Shown here piece by piece: positions 38,250 to 48,222 of a stretch of DNA of 64,000 nucleotides. Below the pieces are notes generated by a model. It did not search any database and had not been told where the DNA came from. It was given only the letters and a program-made list of their open reading frames with translations. The stretch spans positions 12,157 to 76,156 of the forward strand of contig JAGSHN010000023.1 of the NCBI GenBank assembly GCA_029855935.1, given 5' to 3'. This stretch comes from Candidatus Thorarchaeota archaeon. Its GTDB lineage: Archaea > Asgardarchaeota > Thorarchaeia > Thorarchaeales > Thorarchaeaceae. Numbering within the stretch: position 1 is the stretch's first letter; every line of letters begins with the position of its first letter. The position numbers and the translations under genes were made by a program.

Positions 38250-39008
38250 CTACTCGTATATCTCCGAGATACTCGCAATCTCTCTCATCAGAAGCGTGAT
38301 CTCGTCTAATAGCTCTTCACCCTCGTCGGGGTCCTGGGTCCGTATGAGCTTGTCCTCATACATCCGGATAAGTCGCACCAGCTTCCTGTATCGCGGTAGA
38401 GGGAACTGTTCGGGGATCTCACCGAAGATGTAGCCCCGTTGTGGGGACAGATGTTCCTCGGCCGCTATATTTGCAATTTGAGTGATGGGAACCCAGATCT
38501 CCGCCAGAGTCCCGTCGTCATCTTCACTCGCCTTAAAGTAGGCCCCAATCTCGACGTCGTACTCGCCAAGGGTGCCTCGCAGTATGCTATCTGCGCGGAC
38601 GTATCTCCATCCTCTTGCCCGTTTCTTCTTTCGGAGGGCAACAACTATCTCAACCTCACCGTCCTCACGGTTTTCGCGAATGTACTCGCGGTCATCCTCA
38701 CTGAGGCGGCAGGTCGGCGGTATTCCCCCAAAGTCGGTGTGAGAATGAAACTCGCCGACTATGAAGTCCCAAGACAGAAACGCCAAGACCTCCTCAATAC
38801 GGGCATATCTGCGGAAATTCGGCTCCACTGATGTGTATCGTCGCTCGGAGGACTGGAGAGCCACAACTGAGTTGACCACAACTTTGCCCGCCGAACCGAA
38901 GATGTCGCCCATCAATACACCTGTACATTCGCGCTTGTAGACCTCAATCGCATACCCGAGCATCTGTGCAAAGGCAGGTGCCCGGACGAAGACTGTTTCA
39001 ATCTCCAA
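38250..39008 (-). CDS. JAB/MPN (JAMM) domain metalloprotease-like protein with a C-terminal extension.
   Basis: EVYKRECTGVLMG followed by GEFHSHTDFGGIPPTCRLSEDD matches the E...HxH...S..D JAMM pattern with slightly longer spacing. 252 aa. Confidence 0.55.
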   Translation of the reverse strand: MEIETVFVRAPAFAQMLGYAIEVYKRECTGVLMGDIFGSAGKVVVNSVVALQSSERRYTSVEPNFRRYARIEEVLAFLSWDFIVGEFHSHTDFGGIPPTCRLSEDDREYIRENREDGEVEIVVALRKKKRARGWRYVRADSILRGTLGEYDVEIGAYFKASEDDDGTLAEIWVPITQIANIAAEEHLSPQRGYIFGEIPEQFPLPRYRKLVRLIRMYEDKLIRTQDPDEGEELLDEITLLMREIASISEIYE

Positions 39009-39531
39009 TAGGTACTTTCACCCTGTTCCCTTTCCACGGAGTTCTTGTTTCCCCGCACTAAAGACTTGCGCTGGGTATTTGACAAGCTGCTCCAAGGTCC
39101 CTAAGCAATGTGGCCCAATCTCAAACGCCAAACCAGACTCTCGGAGGGTGCTCGGTCATTTGTTTCAGTGATCGACCCCAAGAGTGTGAACAGGCCGGCA
39201 CTGAGGATGACTGGAGAACTGCGTGATGTATACTCAGTGAGGCAGGTTAGGCGCCAAGCCTCTCTCGATAGGCCAAGAGTGGCGACAAGCTTGGCGGGTC
39301 AGATGTGATTTCGGGCAGGCTGAATCTGCCAGTACACTAGCCTGGGCAGGAAGAAACTGAGCATCGGGGCAATGAAGGCGCTGGTACACCCGGAGCTTAC
39401 ACAGTCCCTTGGCGGCGTCCCCTCTGAACAGGCATTCATCGGGCTTTCAGCGGCATATGAGCACAGCATCCGCGTGACGACTCGTCGAACTGCGCTGAGA
39501 GAGAACTGGCATCGCCCCTTGAGGAGAATCA

Positions 39532-40059
39532 TCACAAGAATTTTCTCACGAAGTACCTGAAAGATTCACTTCTACGTTGTGCAAGCGAGGGGTCGAATCT
39601 CTCGATGATTCTATTCATAAATACCGAACGCGGTATCGACTGCGGTATTATGATATTGAACCACTGTTTTGTGACACGTGGCGGAATCGCGAGCCTCCTG
39701 ACACCAGCAATCTGCCGAAGAATTTCTCTCTCAATTCCCGCGACATACCACGCCTCTATCTCGGGTATGACAACTACTATGCGCTGCTCGTCCCCAATCC
39801 CATATCGTCCGGCTATTTGGTTTCTCAGTGCCGTCACACAGGGATAGCGATCCAGATCCCGAACAAGGACATACTCAGTACTCTTCCGTTCCAAGGTATG
39901 AATGAATTTCCGAATTTTCCTTTTCTCCATCTGAGCGTACTTGACGATTTGAACACGATCATAGTGTTTCTCAAGACGTGAACAAAGGATTCTCCTGAAG
40001 AAGCGTTCGTCGTCATCCCCTTCGACGAAGACATAGAAAGACGACATTTCTTTCGACAC
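39532..40059 (-). CDS. Small Toprim-like (DUF4276/RloB-like) protein, partner of the upstream AAA_21 ATPase.
   Basis: The N-terminus FYVFVEGDDDERFFRRIL resembles the hhhVEGxTE start of DUF4276/RloB-type Toprim proteins. Its start is 2 nt after the ATPase stop. 175 aa. Confidence 0.5.
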   Translation of the reverse strand: MSKEMSSFYVFVEGDDDERFFRRILCSRLEKHYDRVQIVKYAQMEKRKIRKFIHTLERKSTEYVLVRDLDRYPCVTALRNQIAGRYGIGDEQRIVVVIPEIEAWYVAGIEREILRQIAGVRRLAIPPRVTKQWFNIIIPQSIPRSVFMNRIIERFDPSLAQRRSESFRYFVRKFL

Positions 40060-40061
40060 CG

Positions 40062-41360
40062 CTACTGCAGAATGCCCTGCACGAATAGGTCATCCACACC
40101 GAGATCGTTCTCCAGAAACGCCATTACCTCCTCGTCATTTCTTGGACGCGTGACCTGCGAATATCCATCCTCGTCCCGCGTAACAAGGAGAAGGTTATCA
40201 ATACCAGCGTGCTTGACCACTTCGGGGTTGTGCGTTGTAATTATCACCTGTTTGTTCATTCGGCTCGAGACCTCTTTCATCATATTCACAATCTTCGAGA
40301 TGAGTAGAGGGTGAATGTTTCGCTCGGGCTCCTCTATGATAACGAGAGGGTTCTTTTCGAAATACAATGCGATTACCAACGTTGTGACATTCACCGTACC
40401 ATCTGAGATCAGAAAGGCTGGCAGGAACCGTTTCTGTGAATAGATCTCTCTGATGCTGGCGAGAAGCGATTTGTCCGGAAGTCTCTCTACCGTGAAGTCC
40501 TCTACGAGTGGCAGGACATCCTTCACTAATGACGAGATCAGGTCCCGGTCTCGCTTATTATCCAAGATGCGCTTCAGAATCAGGGGCAGATTGCTACCGT
40601 CTGGCTCAAGCTCGGTCTTGCCAGTGACGGGAGTTGCACGTTTCATAAGTCGCGGATCAAAATCGTAGATAGAGATGTTACGCAGATAGTGTGCCAAGCT
40701 CGAATAGAACGGTGAAAGAAGGACTGGATCTTCAATGGAGAGTCTTCGTGGGCGCGGACGGGCAGCATATCTCATATCTCGCGCTAGAGACAGGTAGAAG
40801 AAGCGTTCTATGCGTGTGTCCGAGAGGGAATCAGACATTTCCATCGTCACTCTGCGACCATCATTGATAGTAGTGATAGTGCCTTTGCGAACTTCTCCAC
40901 GGAGCGCATCACCACCGTTCGGCCGGCGAGTCCCGTATTCACACACTGCCGTGAGTTTGTCCGACACTCCCGAGTAGTCCAGTTTGCGTTTGTAGAACCT
41001 GATTGAGAGTTCGTAATCGTACCGACTGACGGAGAGATAGGCATCTCGAGATATCCGCAAGATGTCTCTTGCTTCGAGTGAGAGTTGGATGGACAGGTCA
41101 CGCAAAGAACCTATGGCAAGATTGCGTAAGTAGGCCACTCCACCTTGCATCGAAATAGCGTTCTCCAACCCCATCGTGGTGATATCCTTGAGGAACCGGA
41201 ACAGGGCGATAAGATTGGATTTTCCTGAGGCGTTCGGTCCGACTATCACGTTGAAGTCGCCCAACTCAATCTCCGTTTCATTGAAGGTCCTGAAATTGCT
41301 CACCCTTATTCTTCGGATCCTCGTTGTGTCCTTCGGTCGCATAGGTTGGGAACCTCCCAA
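40062..41360 (-). CDS. AAA_21/ABC-type ATPase.
   Basis: Walker A is VGPNASGKSNLIALF. The C-terminus LVIIEEPERNIHPLLISKIV...VIITTHNPEVV carries Walker B, Q/H-loop features. Confidence 0.8.
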   Translation of the reverse strand: MGGSQPMRPKDTTRIRRIRVSNFRTFNETEIELGDFNVIVGPNASGKSNLIALFRFLKDITTMGLENAISMQGGVAYLRNLAIGSLRDLSIQLSLEARDILRISRDAYLSVSRYDYELSIRFYKRKLDYSGVSDKLTAVCEYGTRRPNGGDALRGEVRKGTITTINDGRRVTMEMSDSLSDTRIERFFYLSLARDMRYAARPRPRRLSIEDPVLLSPFYSSLAHYLRNISIYDFDPRLMKRATPVTGKTELEPDGSNLPLILKRILDNKRDRDLISSLVKDVLPLVEDFTVERLPDKSLLASIREIYSQKRFLPAFLISDGTVNVTTLVIALYFEKNPLVIIEEPERNIHPLLISKIVNMMKEVSSRMNKQVIITTHNPEVVKHAGIDNLLLVTRDEDGYSQVTRPRNDEEVMAFLENDLGVDDLFVQGILQ

Positions 41361-41811
41361 CTTGTTTCGGAGAATTTGGCGCGTGTTGAGGTACTATCTC
41401 GGGAACGTATAAGGATTTGGAATGAACTGCTGGCTGAACTGCGGAGCTGGTTCGCCAGTCCTATGGATGCTTCGAACTGGCCTGTGCTTGCGCCAGCGAA
41501 TCGGGGAAACGCCCTCCAAGACAACGCCCACCCTGTAGCGTGCTGTCGTTTCTCAGTTTCTGAGAGTTGGCTCCTTCGAATTCTTGTCCTCTACTACCTC
41601 CAGCAATGTGATGTGCTACTGTCTATGGTGTCGACTCCGCTGGCATGCGCCAACACTCGCGGGAGAGGGCTTGTCCGGCGGAAACAGAGGATGCCCCAGG
41701 GGATTGTCCTGTTGGAACAGCAGCTGCGCTGGGCTCAGCTCTCAAATGATTCTAGAGTCGGCAGCCGATAGGCATATGCTGCCCGTTGGTGGAAGATAGC
41801 ACTCGAGGAGC

Positions 41812-42825
41812 TTGAAGTATACAGCCGAAGACGAGGAGAGGAATCGCACCTACTATGTCGCGTTGAACAAATCGCGCAATGATCTATTCCACCCGTACAA
41901 CAACAAGGGCGGAGGCACACTGGAGTGGGACAACGATTTCAGGGACAGGGTTCGCGAGGCCAAGGCCTTGCGGAGGACCAATGGATTGATTGAAGAGTTG
42001 GATTCGCCACCCAAGGCCCGGAAGTCGCTACCCACAAGGTCATTGAGGGTGATATACCGTCGGGACCCTGTCTTGGAGTCGATCGCGAGCAGATTCCTGC
42101 CCCGAGTCATCGATGCCACTCATATCTACGGTCTTCTGTTGTGTCCGCGCCGACACCAGTACGGTACACTGATGGGCGCAGCCGGGATGAAGTGCGACGA
42201 GGTTGAACGCAGCGAGTTCTCGCCGGCCTTCGGCTCTGTCCTACACAGTATGATCGCAGAGTTTGACTATGCCACGGGCTCCACTGAGAGCGCTCTCACC
42301 GTGCTCCATCAGGCTGAGTTCCTCACCGGCCCCGACAAGAAGAGGCTCCAGAATGCGATCACCTCGTACTCGGAGTTCACAGAAGAGATAGGTCTGAGGT
42401 CATCAGAGGGAGATCGAGTGTTGTCAGAGAGGGAGATCTACGGAACCATAGATGTGGACGGGCAAGTCATCGAGCTCCGCGGGGTCATCGACATAGCAGT
42501 TGTCCGATCCGACGGTAAGATCGACGTCTACGACGTCAAGACCAACTATCTGCCCCCTAGTGGCACTTCTGAAGAGAGGCTCAAGCGTGAGTTCCTGCGG
42601 AAACACCACGAACGTCAGCTCCTGACATACAAGTCAATGCTCGAACAACAGGGACACACTGTTGAAGGTGTCTACGTTGTGGCTGTATCAAAGAAGAGTG
42701 CAACCCAAGTCAAGTGGAACCTAGTTCAAGTTGACGATGCAGACTGGTCATTGCAAGAACTTTGTGAGATGCTGCCGATAACGGTCGAAGAAGAGGGACT
42801 CAGAAAGACTGAGAACAAGTACTGA
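41812..42825 (+). CDS. RecB-family PD-(D/E)xK nuclease-like protein.
   Basis: GVIDIAVVRSDGKIDVYDVKTNY contains D...D-x-K. The downstream QLLTYKSML resembles the RecB-family QxxxY motif. The N-terminal 200 aa are unassigned. Confidence 0.5.
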   Translation: MKYTAEDEERNRTYYVALNKSRNDLFHPYNNKGGGTLEWDNDFRDRVREAKALRRTNGLIEELDSPPKARKSLPTRSLRVIYRRDPVLESIASRFLPRVIDATHIYGLLLCPRRHQYGTLMGAAGMKCDEVERSEFSPAFGSVLHSMIAEFDYATGSTESALTVLHQAEFLTGPDKKRLQNAITSYSEFTEEIGLRSSEGDRVLSEREIYGTIDVDGQVIELRGVIDIAVVRSDGKIDVYDVKTNYLPPSGTSEERLKREFLRKHHERQLLTYKSMLEQQGHTVEGVYVVAVSKKSATQVKWNLVQVDDADWSLQELCEMLPITVEEEGLRKTENKY

Positions 42826-43318
42826 AGGATCTGTGAGTTCAGAGGAATGTGCAACTAGGCGGAACAACGTCACCAAGACTGACGCTCTCGCTGACTCTCT
42901 CGACGACCATAGTATCTGCAACATTTCGCCAGCCTGGCCTCTCTACGAGCAGGCCGCCTTTCCCAGTGGGGTGCGGTTTTGAAGAGTCGAAACGGCGTGT
43001 TCCTCCCCAGAATAGGAGGAGGTTCCACGGAGAGACCAATGGGACGCGCAGTAGATATGTGGCCATAGTCACGCGGCCTCGTTTGATGCTCCAACGGAGG
43101 CAGAAGGCTGCACAGCCCCCTCGCAGGCTTGCATCTGGCTGCACCAGTATCGCGTTATGTCGACATCGGGTACAGATTGGCTTGCTATGCCACATCGCCC
43201 GGTAGAGTTACGGTAACGGTTCTCCCTGACAGCTAGCTCGAATCGGCCGAGCGAGGCCCTAAAATAGCATGATGTTTCAGTATCGTCATGTCGGCAAAGT
43301 ACAGAGGGGTTTGAGATT

Positions 43319-43762
43319 ATGGAACACTACACGGTACTGTGGAGAGGGCCCTTCACGTATGATGAGGTCATTGAGGAGGAGGGCTACGACGACGATGAGG
43401 ACCTCTATGCCATCGCACACATACCACCAAGACGTGGTCCAAGAACGCTCTACGTGGGACATTCGTTCCGCCAGTATGTTGCGGACAGGTTGAAACAGCA
43501 GCCAGCGATCGATGCCATCTACGAGAAATATGGTGAGAGATCGGTTCGGTACTATCTTGGAAGAATCAAACTGAAACCTGGACAGCGCAGATCTGAGAAG
43601 CGTGTTGCAGATATCGAGGCTGCAATAATCTGCAACCACGGCGACGAATTGGAGTTCAACTATGTGAATACTGTAACGTACTCGGGTCGGGACCTCTCAG
43701 TATCTCACAGGGGGTCGGTACCACCGCGCCTTAGGGACTTCAAGACCAGCGACTGGGACTGA
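43319..43762 (+). CDS. Possible GIY-YIG-like small nuclease (weak).
   Basis: DLYAIAH-x12-LYVGHS has GIY...YIG-like spacing, followed by a conserved-looking R (RQYVADR), E and N (ICNHGDELEFNY). 147 aa. The call rests on pattern only. Confidence 0.3.
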   Translation: MEHYTVLWRGPFTYDEVIEEEGYDDDEDLYAIAHIPPRRGPRTLYVGHSFRQYVADRLKQQPAIDAIYEKYGERSVRYYLGRIKLKPGQRRSEKRVADIEAAIICNHGDELEFNYVNTVTYSGRDLSVSHRGSVPPRLRDFKTSDWD

Positions 43763-43832
43763 GGTGTGCAGTGGTGGCAATGCCGACGCCATCTCCATCC
43801 ACGCCAAGGCCAGAACAAGAGATTAATACGGA

Positions 43833-45233
43833 GTGAAAGAACCTGCGAAACGAATGAGATCTTCTATGCGCAGGGCTGCCTGTATCTCATTGGTCCTGGT
43901 TGTAGTCGTGGCATGGTACGGCGTCGTGATTCTTGGGGAGTACGATTCCAACATCACAGAGACGACTTCTGACCTCAAGTTGCCCGCCCCAGTGATTACA
44001 ATGTTCAAGAACGACAAGAGGTACGCACTGTTAGTGTCGTGGGATGATGGTGTGAATGATATGGACTTCTCGTTCCTCGAAGACGAACTGGGCATCAAAC
44101 ACACCTCTTTCGTCGTGACTAGCAGAATAGCCGACAAGAAGTTCTGGGGCCTGGACATAATGTTCAGGGGCCACGATATCCAGTCTCACACAAGAGAGCA
44201 CAAGGCAACCGGTCTCGCCAACCTCTCCTACTGTGAATATCTGATCTCCCGGAGCATAGTCGACATCGAACGCACTTATGGATTCACGCCGATAGTCCTA
44301 GCATATCCGTACGGTTCAACAAATGCCATTACCAGTGAGATCGCACTGAGATATGTCGACGTGGCGCGTGGTACGATACCGGAGGGGATTCTCAGACTGG
44401 GAACGTGGCCCATAAAGCACAGGGGCAACGCAAGACATTCCACCTTCGACCTCAACGGCCTCAGTTCGGAGAATATGGACAGACTAGCGGAGAGGTTCTA
44501 CGAGATGACCAAGCTTGAGGGCAATCGCGCATTCAAGATCTACGGCCATACCGACCTAGCCACATTCAACCTGACCGAACGCGCTATGCTGTTTGATGAG
44601 CTGAAGAAGATCGCATTCCGAAACGACACGTGGTACGCCTCGTGGGGCGAGGCAATCGCATACGACATCCTGAGGACGAACACCACGATAGAGGATTTCT
44701 CATACGATGATAGCGAAGTGATGTTCAGAACGGTGACGAGCGCGAACGTCACCAGATACCCAGTTCAACTGACATACAGGGTGGAGATTCCAAAAGAGTG
44801 GGATTCGATAGTAGTCTACGATGACGGCAGAATCAGCAGCGACTTCACCCTGACCAATGGAACCCTGCTAATCAATTCAAAGCCAAGAAACCAGACAATA
44901 AGAATAGTGAGAACTCAAGACACTATGATTGACACCGAAGGGCCTGTGATAGGGGGAGTGACCATAGCAACGGGCACTGAGGGCCTGTTGATCACATTCG
45001 AGGTCACCGACGTCCTGGGCTTCGTCACCGACGTGAACATGACTGTCTCGGTTGGAAACAATACTTTCTTCTTCAATAGGATCGTGAACCCGATCTTCTG
45101 GGACAATAGCACGTACGGCCGGGCAATCTTCGCAGACGATATTCAGTCATCCGACGGGATTGACATAACGATCTGCGCCCAGGACAGCAGTGGAAATCTG
45201 TCTTCTCTCTCCTATCAATACCAAGGATGCTAA
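43833..45233 (+). CDS. Membrane-anchored polysaccharide deacetylase (NodB/CE4 family) with a C-terminal beta-rich extension.
   Basis: N-terminal TM CISLVLVVVVAWYGVVILG. The CE4 motifs are LLVSWDDGVND and GHDIQSHTREH. There are many NxT/S sequons. Confidence 0.75.
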   Translation: MKEPAKRMRSSMRRAACISLVLVVVVAWYGVVILGEYDSNITETTSDLKLPAPVITMFKNDKRYALLVSWDDGVNDMDFSFLEDELGIKHTSFVVTSRIADKKFWGLDIMFRGHDIQSHTREHKATGLANLSYCEYLISRSIVDIERTYGFTPIVLAYPYGSTNAITSEIALRYVDVARGTIPEGILRLGTWPIKHRGNARHSTFDLNGLSSENMDRLAERFYEMTKLEGNRAFKIYGHTDLATFNLTERAMLFDELKKIAFRNDTWYASWGEAIAYDILRTNTTIEDFSYDDSEVMFRTVTSANVTRYPVQLTYRVEIPKEWDSIVVYDDGRISSDFTLTNGTLLINSKPRNQTIRIVRTQDTMIDTEGPVIGGVTIATGTEGLLITFEVTDVLGFVTDVNMTVSVGNNTFFFNRIVNPIFWDNSTYGRAIFADDIQSSDGIDITICAQDSSGNLSSLSYQYQGC

Positions 45234-45911
45234 TTGACCAAAGAAACCGCCTAAGAGGTCACGTCCGTCATCCCAGACGTAACGGACTCTCCACGACCAT
45301 AATGGACAAACGTGACCTAGGTCACCGTGTGGATGTGACAGGAAGGCCGACGGGCTGCCGACAAGAAGCGCAACGCAGATACCGTGTTGGTTCTTTCTAT
45401 AGACAGGCTGGCCTCAATGTGGAGTCATCCCTGGGAAAATCCACTACTGTGAGCTATCGAAAGGATTCCGTCGGAGAAAGATCCCATTCTCACAATCAGT
45501 TTCTATGTCTCCCCTATGGCTTGAACACACCGCATAGATTTAGGGAACAGGCAAGACCAAAGTGGATCCCGCGTTTGACCTCAAAGGAAAACGTATCGTC
45601 CCAGGTTGAACTTCATCCCAATTCACCAGATTGCAGAGACCAAGAGTTCTCTCTGATCGCACGTCGTTCTTCCCAGTTTTCCTGGCTCGACCACCTGCCC
45701 ACGTCAGATCCTCACAACCCACCTTCAGGAGCAGCCCTATTTCTGTTCCAATTGGACAGGCTACGTTGACGTTGCGGGGTACCCGAGCATATTTCACCAT
45801 TCCACCGAGGTTTATTTTTATGCACGAGTCAACGTGTTGCAGGCGGGAATCGGCTAGTCTGCTTGGTCTGTAGCAATCCCAAAGAACAACTCGCGTATTG
45901 AGGCGATCACC

Positions 45912-47690
45912 ATGAGCGAGTCACTAAACTCACGTTTCCTGCGCATCCAGCACATCCTAGAACGGGTTCACGAAGGCGACTACGTCCTTCCGGAGTTCCA
46001 GAGGAGCTTCGTATGGTCGAACTCCGACATCAAGGATCTTCTCGTTTCATGTCTGAACGGGTATTTCATTGGGACGTTCCTCCTTCTTAGGGGTGATGCG
46101 GCAAAGAGCTTTAAGACACGGTATTTCGAGGGAGTTCCCGAGGCCAATCCGCAAATCCCACGAGAGCCAGATGACAGGACTGTCGATCGAATTGTCTTGG
46201 ACGGGCAACAAAGGATAACTGCGGCATACTATGCCCTCTATGCGCCACCTGGTATCACACCCAAAGGGGCGTCATATCCCAGACGCTATCTCCTGAGGAT
46301 TGAGAACTGTCACGTCGGCGACATCGACTGGGAGGATCTCATAGAAGACTGGTCCGAGAACGAGAGCAGTCGAAAAGTCCCTCACTCGTCAGGTGCAGCT
46401 AGACTTAGAGAACTCATTCAGAAACATGATTTTGTCAACCTTCTGAACGATTCAGAGTTCCGCAAATACCTCTTCGAGAATCATCTTCTGCCGTTCGCGG
46501 TTCTGAAATCAGACTCAGATTTCTCAAGGTGGTTGGACGATTACGCGGACTACCTTGAGGAGAAGGGCATAGAAAAGGCTCAGGTGAGAGAACGGAAACA
46601 AGCCCTCCGAGAAAGACTGAAAAACGTGCTGAATTTCCAAGTTGCGGTTCTAGAGTTGGAGGAGAGGGACCTCGTCAAAGTCGTCGACCTCTTTGAGCGA
46701 ATCAACCGAACAGGTGTTGCTCTCTCTGTGTTTGCACTAGCTACCGCAGTCTACATGAAGGGAGGAGTAAACCTCCGCAGACTGTGGAGGGAGTTCTATG
46801 CAGCATCTCCTACAATTCAGCAGTTCTGTCAAGAGGATGATGAAACATATCCCAAATACGTTCTCCAAGTGATGGCTCTTCTCCAAGGCAAGGAGGTCAA
46901 GAAGAAAGTCCTGATTGACTCCAGACAGTTGAGTGTTACATCTGACCGATGGTCACAAGCCACGGAACTGCTCGAAAAGGCGCTCGACCGTGCAACAAGC
47001 ACGAGAAACGGTTATGGAGCAATCAAGTCAAATCTCCTACCTTATCGGTCGGCAATTGTCACTCTCGCTGCTCTTCTGGCCAAGTGCGGAACTGCTAGTG
47101 ACTTTGACAAGCTGGACGCTTGGTACTGGAGTTCCGTCTTCACAGCAAGGTATGCTGGGGCCAGCGAAACAGCGATCAAGCAAGACTATGACCAAGTATG
47201 TCGATGGCTGAAGGATGGTACCCAAGAACCAAGTGTTGTCACTGAAGCGGCGAATCGTGTTTCGAGTCACAAGCTCGAGAACATCAGAACTGGCGGTACC
47301 TACAAAGCCATACTTTGCCTCATCTCATTGGCTGGTGCAAAGGACTTCCTAACCGGACAGAGTCCCGAGCTAGGCTTGCTCAATGACCATCATATCTTTC
47401 CGAAATCATTGTATCGAGATAGACGCTCAGTTGATTCAATACTCAACCGGACACTCATTACCGACACGACAAATAGAGATATCTCGAATAAACGCCCGTC
47501 CGAGTATGTTCGGGAGATCATAAAGGCTCTTGGCGGGGAGGAGGACGATGCGAGAGATATGCTGAAGAGTCATCTGATAGACGATGAATGTTTCGAGGCA
47601 ATGAAACAAGATGACTATTCGCGCTTTATGGCCCGCCGGGCTGAGCTGATTCGTAGTGAGATGATTCGTCGAATCCGGTACGGGTCTTGA
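45912..47690 (+). CDS. GmrSD-family type IV (modification-dependent) restriction endonuclease, DUF262 + DUF1524.
   Basis: The N-terminal DUF262/ParB-like motifs are YVLPEFQRSFVW and DGQQRITA. The C-terminal DUF1524 His-Me finger is LNDHHIFPKS...NRTLITDTTNRDISNK. Confidence 0.85.
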   Translation: MSESLNSRFLRIQHILERVHEGDYVLPEFQRSFVWSNSDIKDLLVSCLNGYFIGTFLLLRGDAAKSFKTRYFEGVPEANPQIPREPDDRTVDRIVLDGQQRITAAYYALYAPPGITPKGASYPRRYLLRIENCHVGDIDWEDLIEDWSENESSRKVPHSSGAARLRELIQKHDFVNLLNDSEFRKYLFENHLLPFAVLKSDSDFSRWLDDYADYLEEKGIEKAQVRERKQALRERLKNVLNFQVAVLELEERDLVKVVDLFERINRTGVALSVFALATAVYMKGGVNLRRLWREFYAASPTIQQFCQEDDETYPKYVLQVMALLQGKEVKKKVLIDSRQLSVTSDRWSQATELLEKALDRATSTRNGYGAIKSNLLPYRSAIVTLAALLAKCGTASDFDKLDAWYWSSVFTARYAGASETAIKQDYDQVCRWLKDGTQEPSVVTEAANRVSSHKLENIRTGGTYKAILCLISLAGAKDFLTGQSPELGLLNDHHIFPKSLYRDRRSVDSILNRTLITDTTNRDISNKRPSEYVREIIKALGGEEDDARDMLKSHLIDDECFEAMKQDDYSRFMARRAELIRSEMIRRIRYGS

Positions 47691-48222
47691 CATTGCGGTT
47701 CTCGTGGTTGGTCGGTGGCACGATGGTCGTTCTAGGCAGTTCGCTGCCCAATCCACTTCGCTGACAGATAGCTCGGGCCGTGGTCTTCGTGTGCAAGTCG
47801 AGGTTGCAGACTGCCTTCGTCGGCGCCGATGACTTCGACCGTACAGTAGAGATGCTGTCGCAGATTGTAATCTCAGACGGTGGGGGGAGATCCAAGGTCC
47901 CCTACGATGAAACGCCGCCTAGGCGGTCTCTTCATCTCCGGCTGGTGGGCTATCACACGTGATTCTCGGCGAAGGATGCTCACAGGGTTTGGTCGGTCGA
48001 GGTCTCAATGGCCGATCACGAGAGTATGACCAGGCTGGCGTTGATGAAGCGGGTCGAGAGAACTGTGTGATATGCACTCAGTGGGGCAAGTTGAGAGCCA
48101 GACCTCTCTGGACAACTCACCGTTTCGCCGGGCGTCACCCTGAACGTCGTCACGGCCGGTTCCCTGAGAACGGTGTCGACAGATGCAGTGACCTCGATGG
48201 CATTGCTCTCTTCCGGGCCGAT

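Noticed and set aside
42839-43205. Two mutually antisense about 118-aa ORFs in the gap after the RecB-like gene
   Set aside because: They overlap each other on opposite strands. Both are R/P-rich and neither has protein-like features. They probably lie in non-coding or decayed sequence.
45227-45769. 180-aa plus-strand ORF between the deacetylase and GmrSD genes
   Set aside because: R/S/H-rich and non-globular in composition. It partially overlaps the end of the deacetylase gene, and no motif was found.
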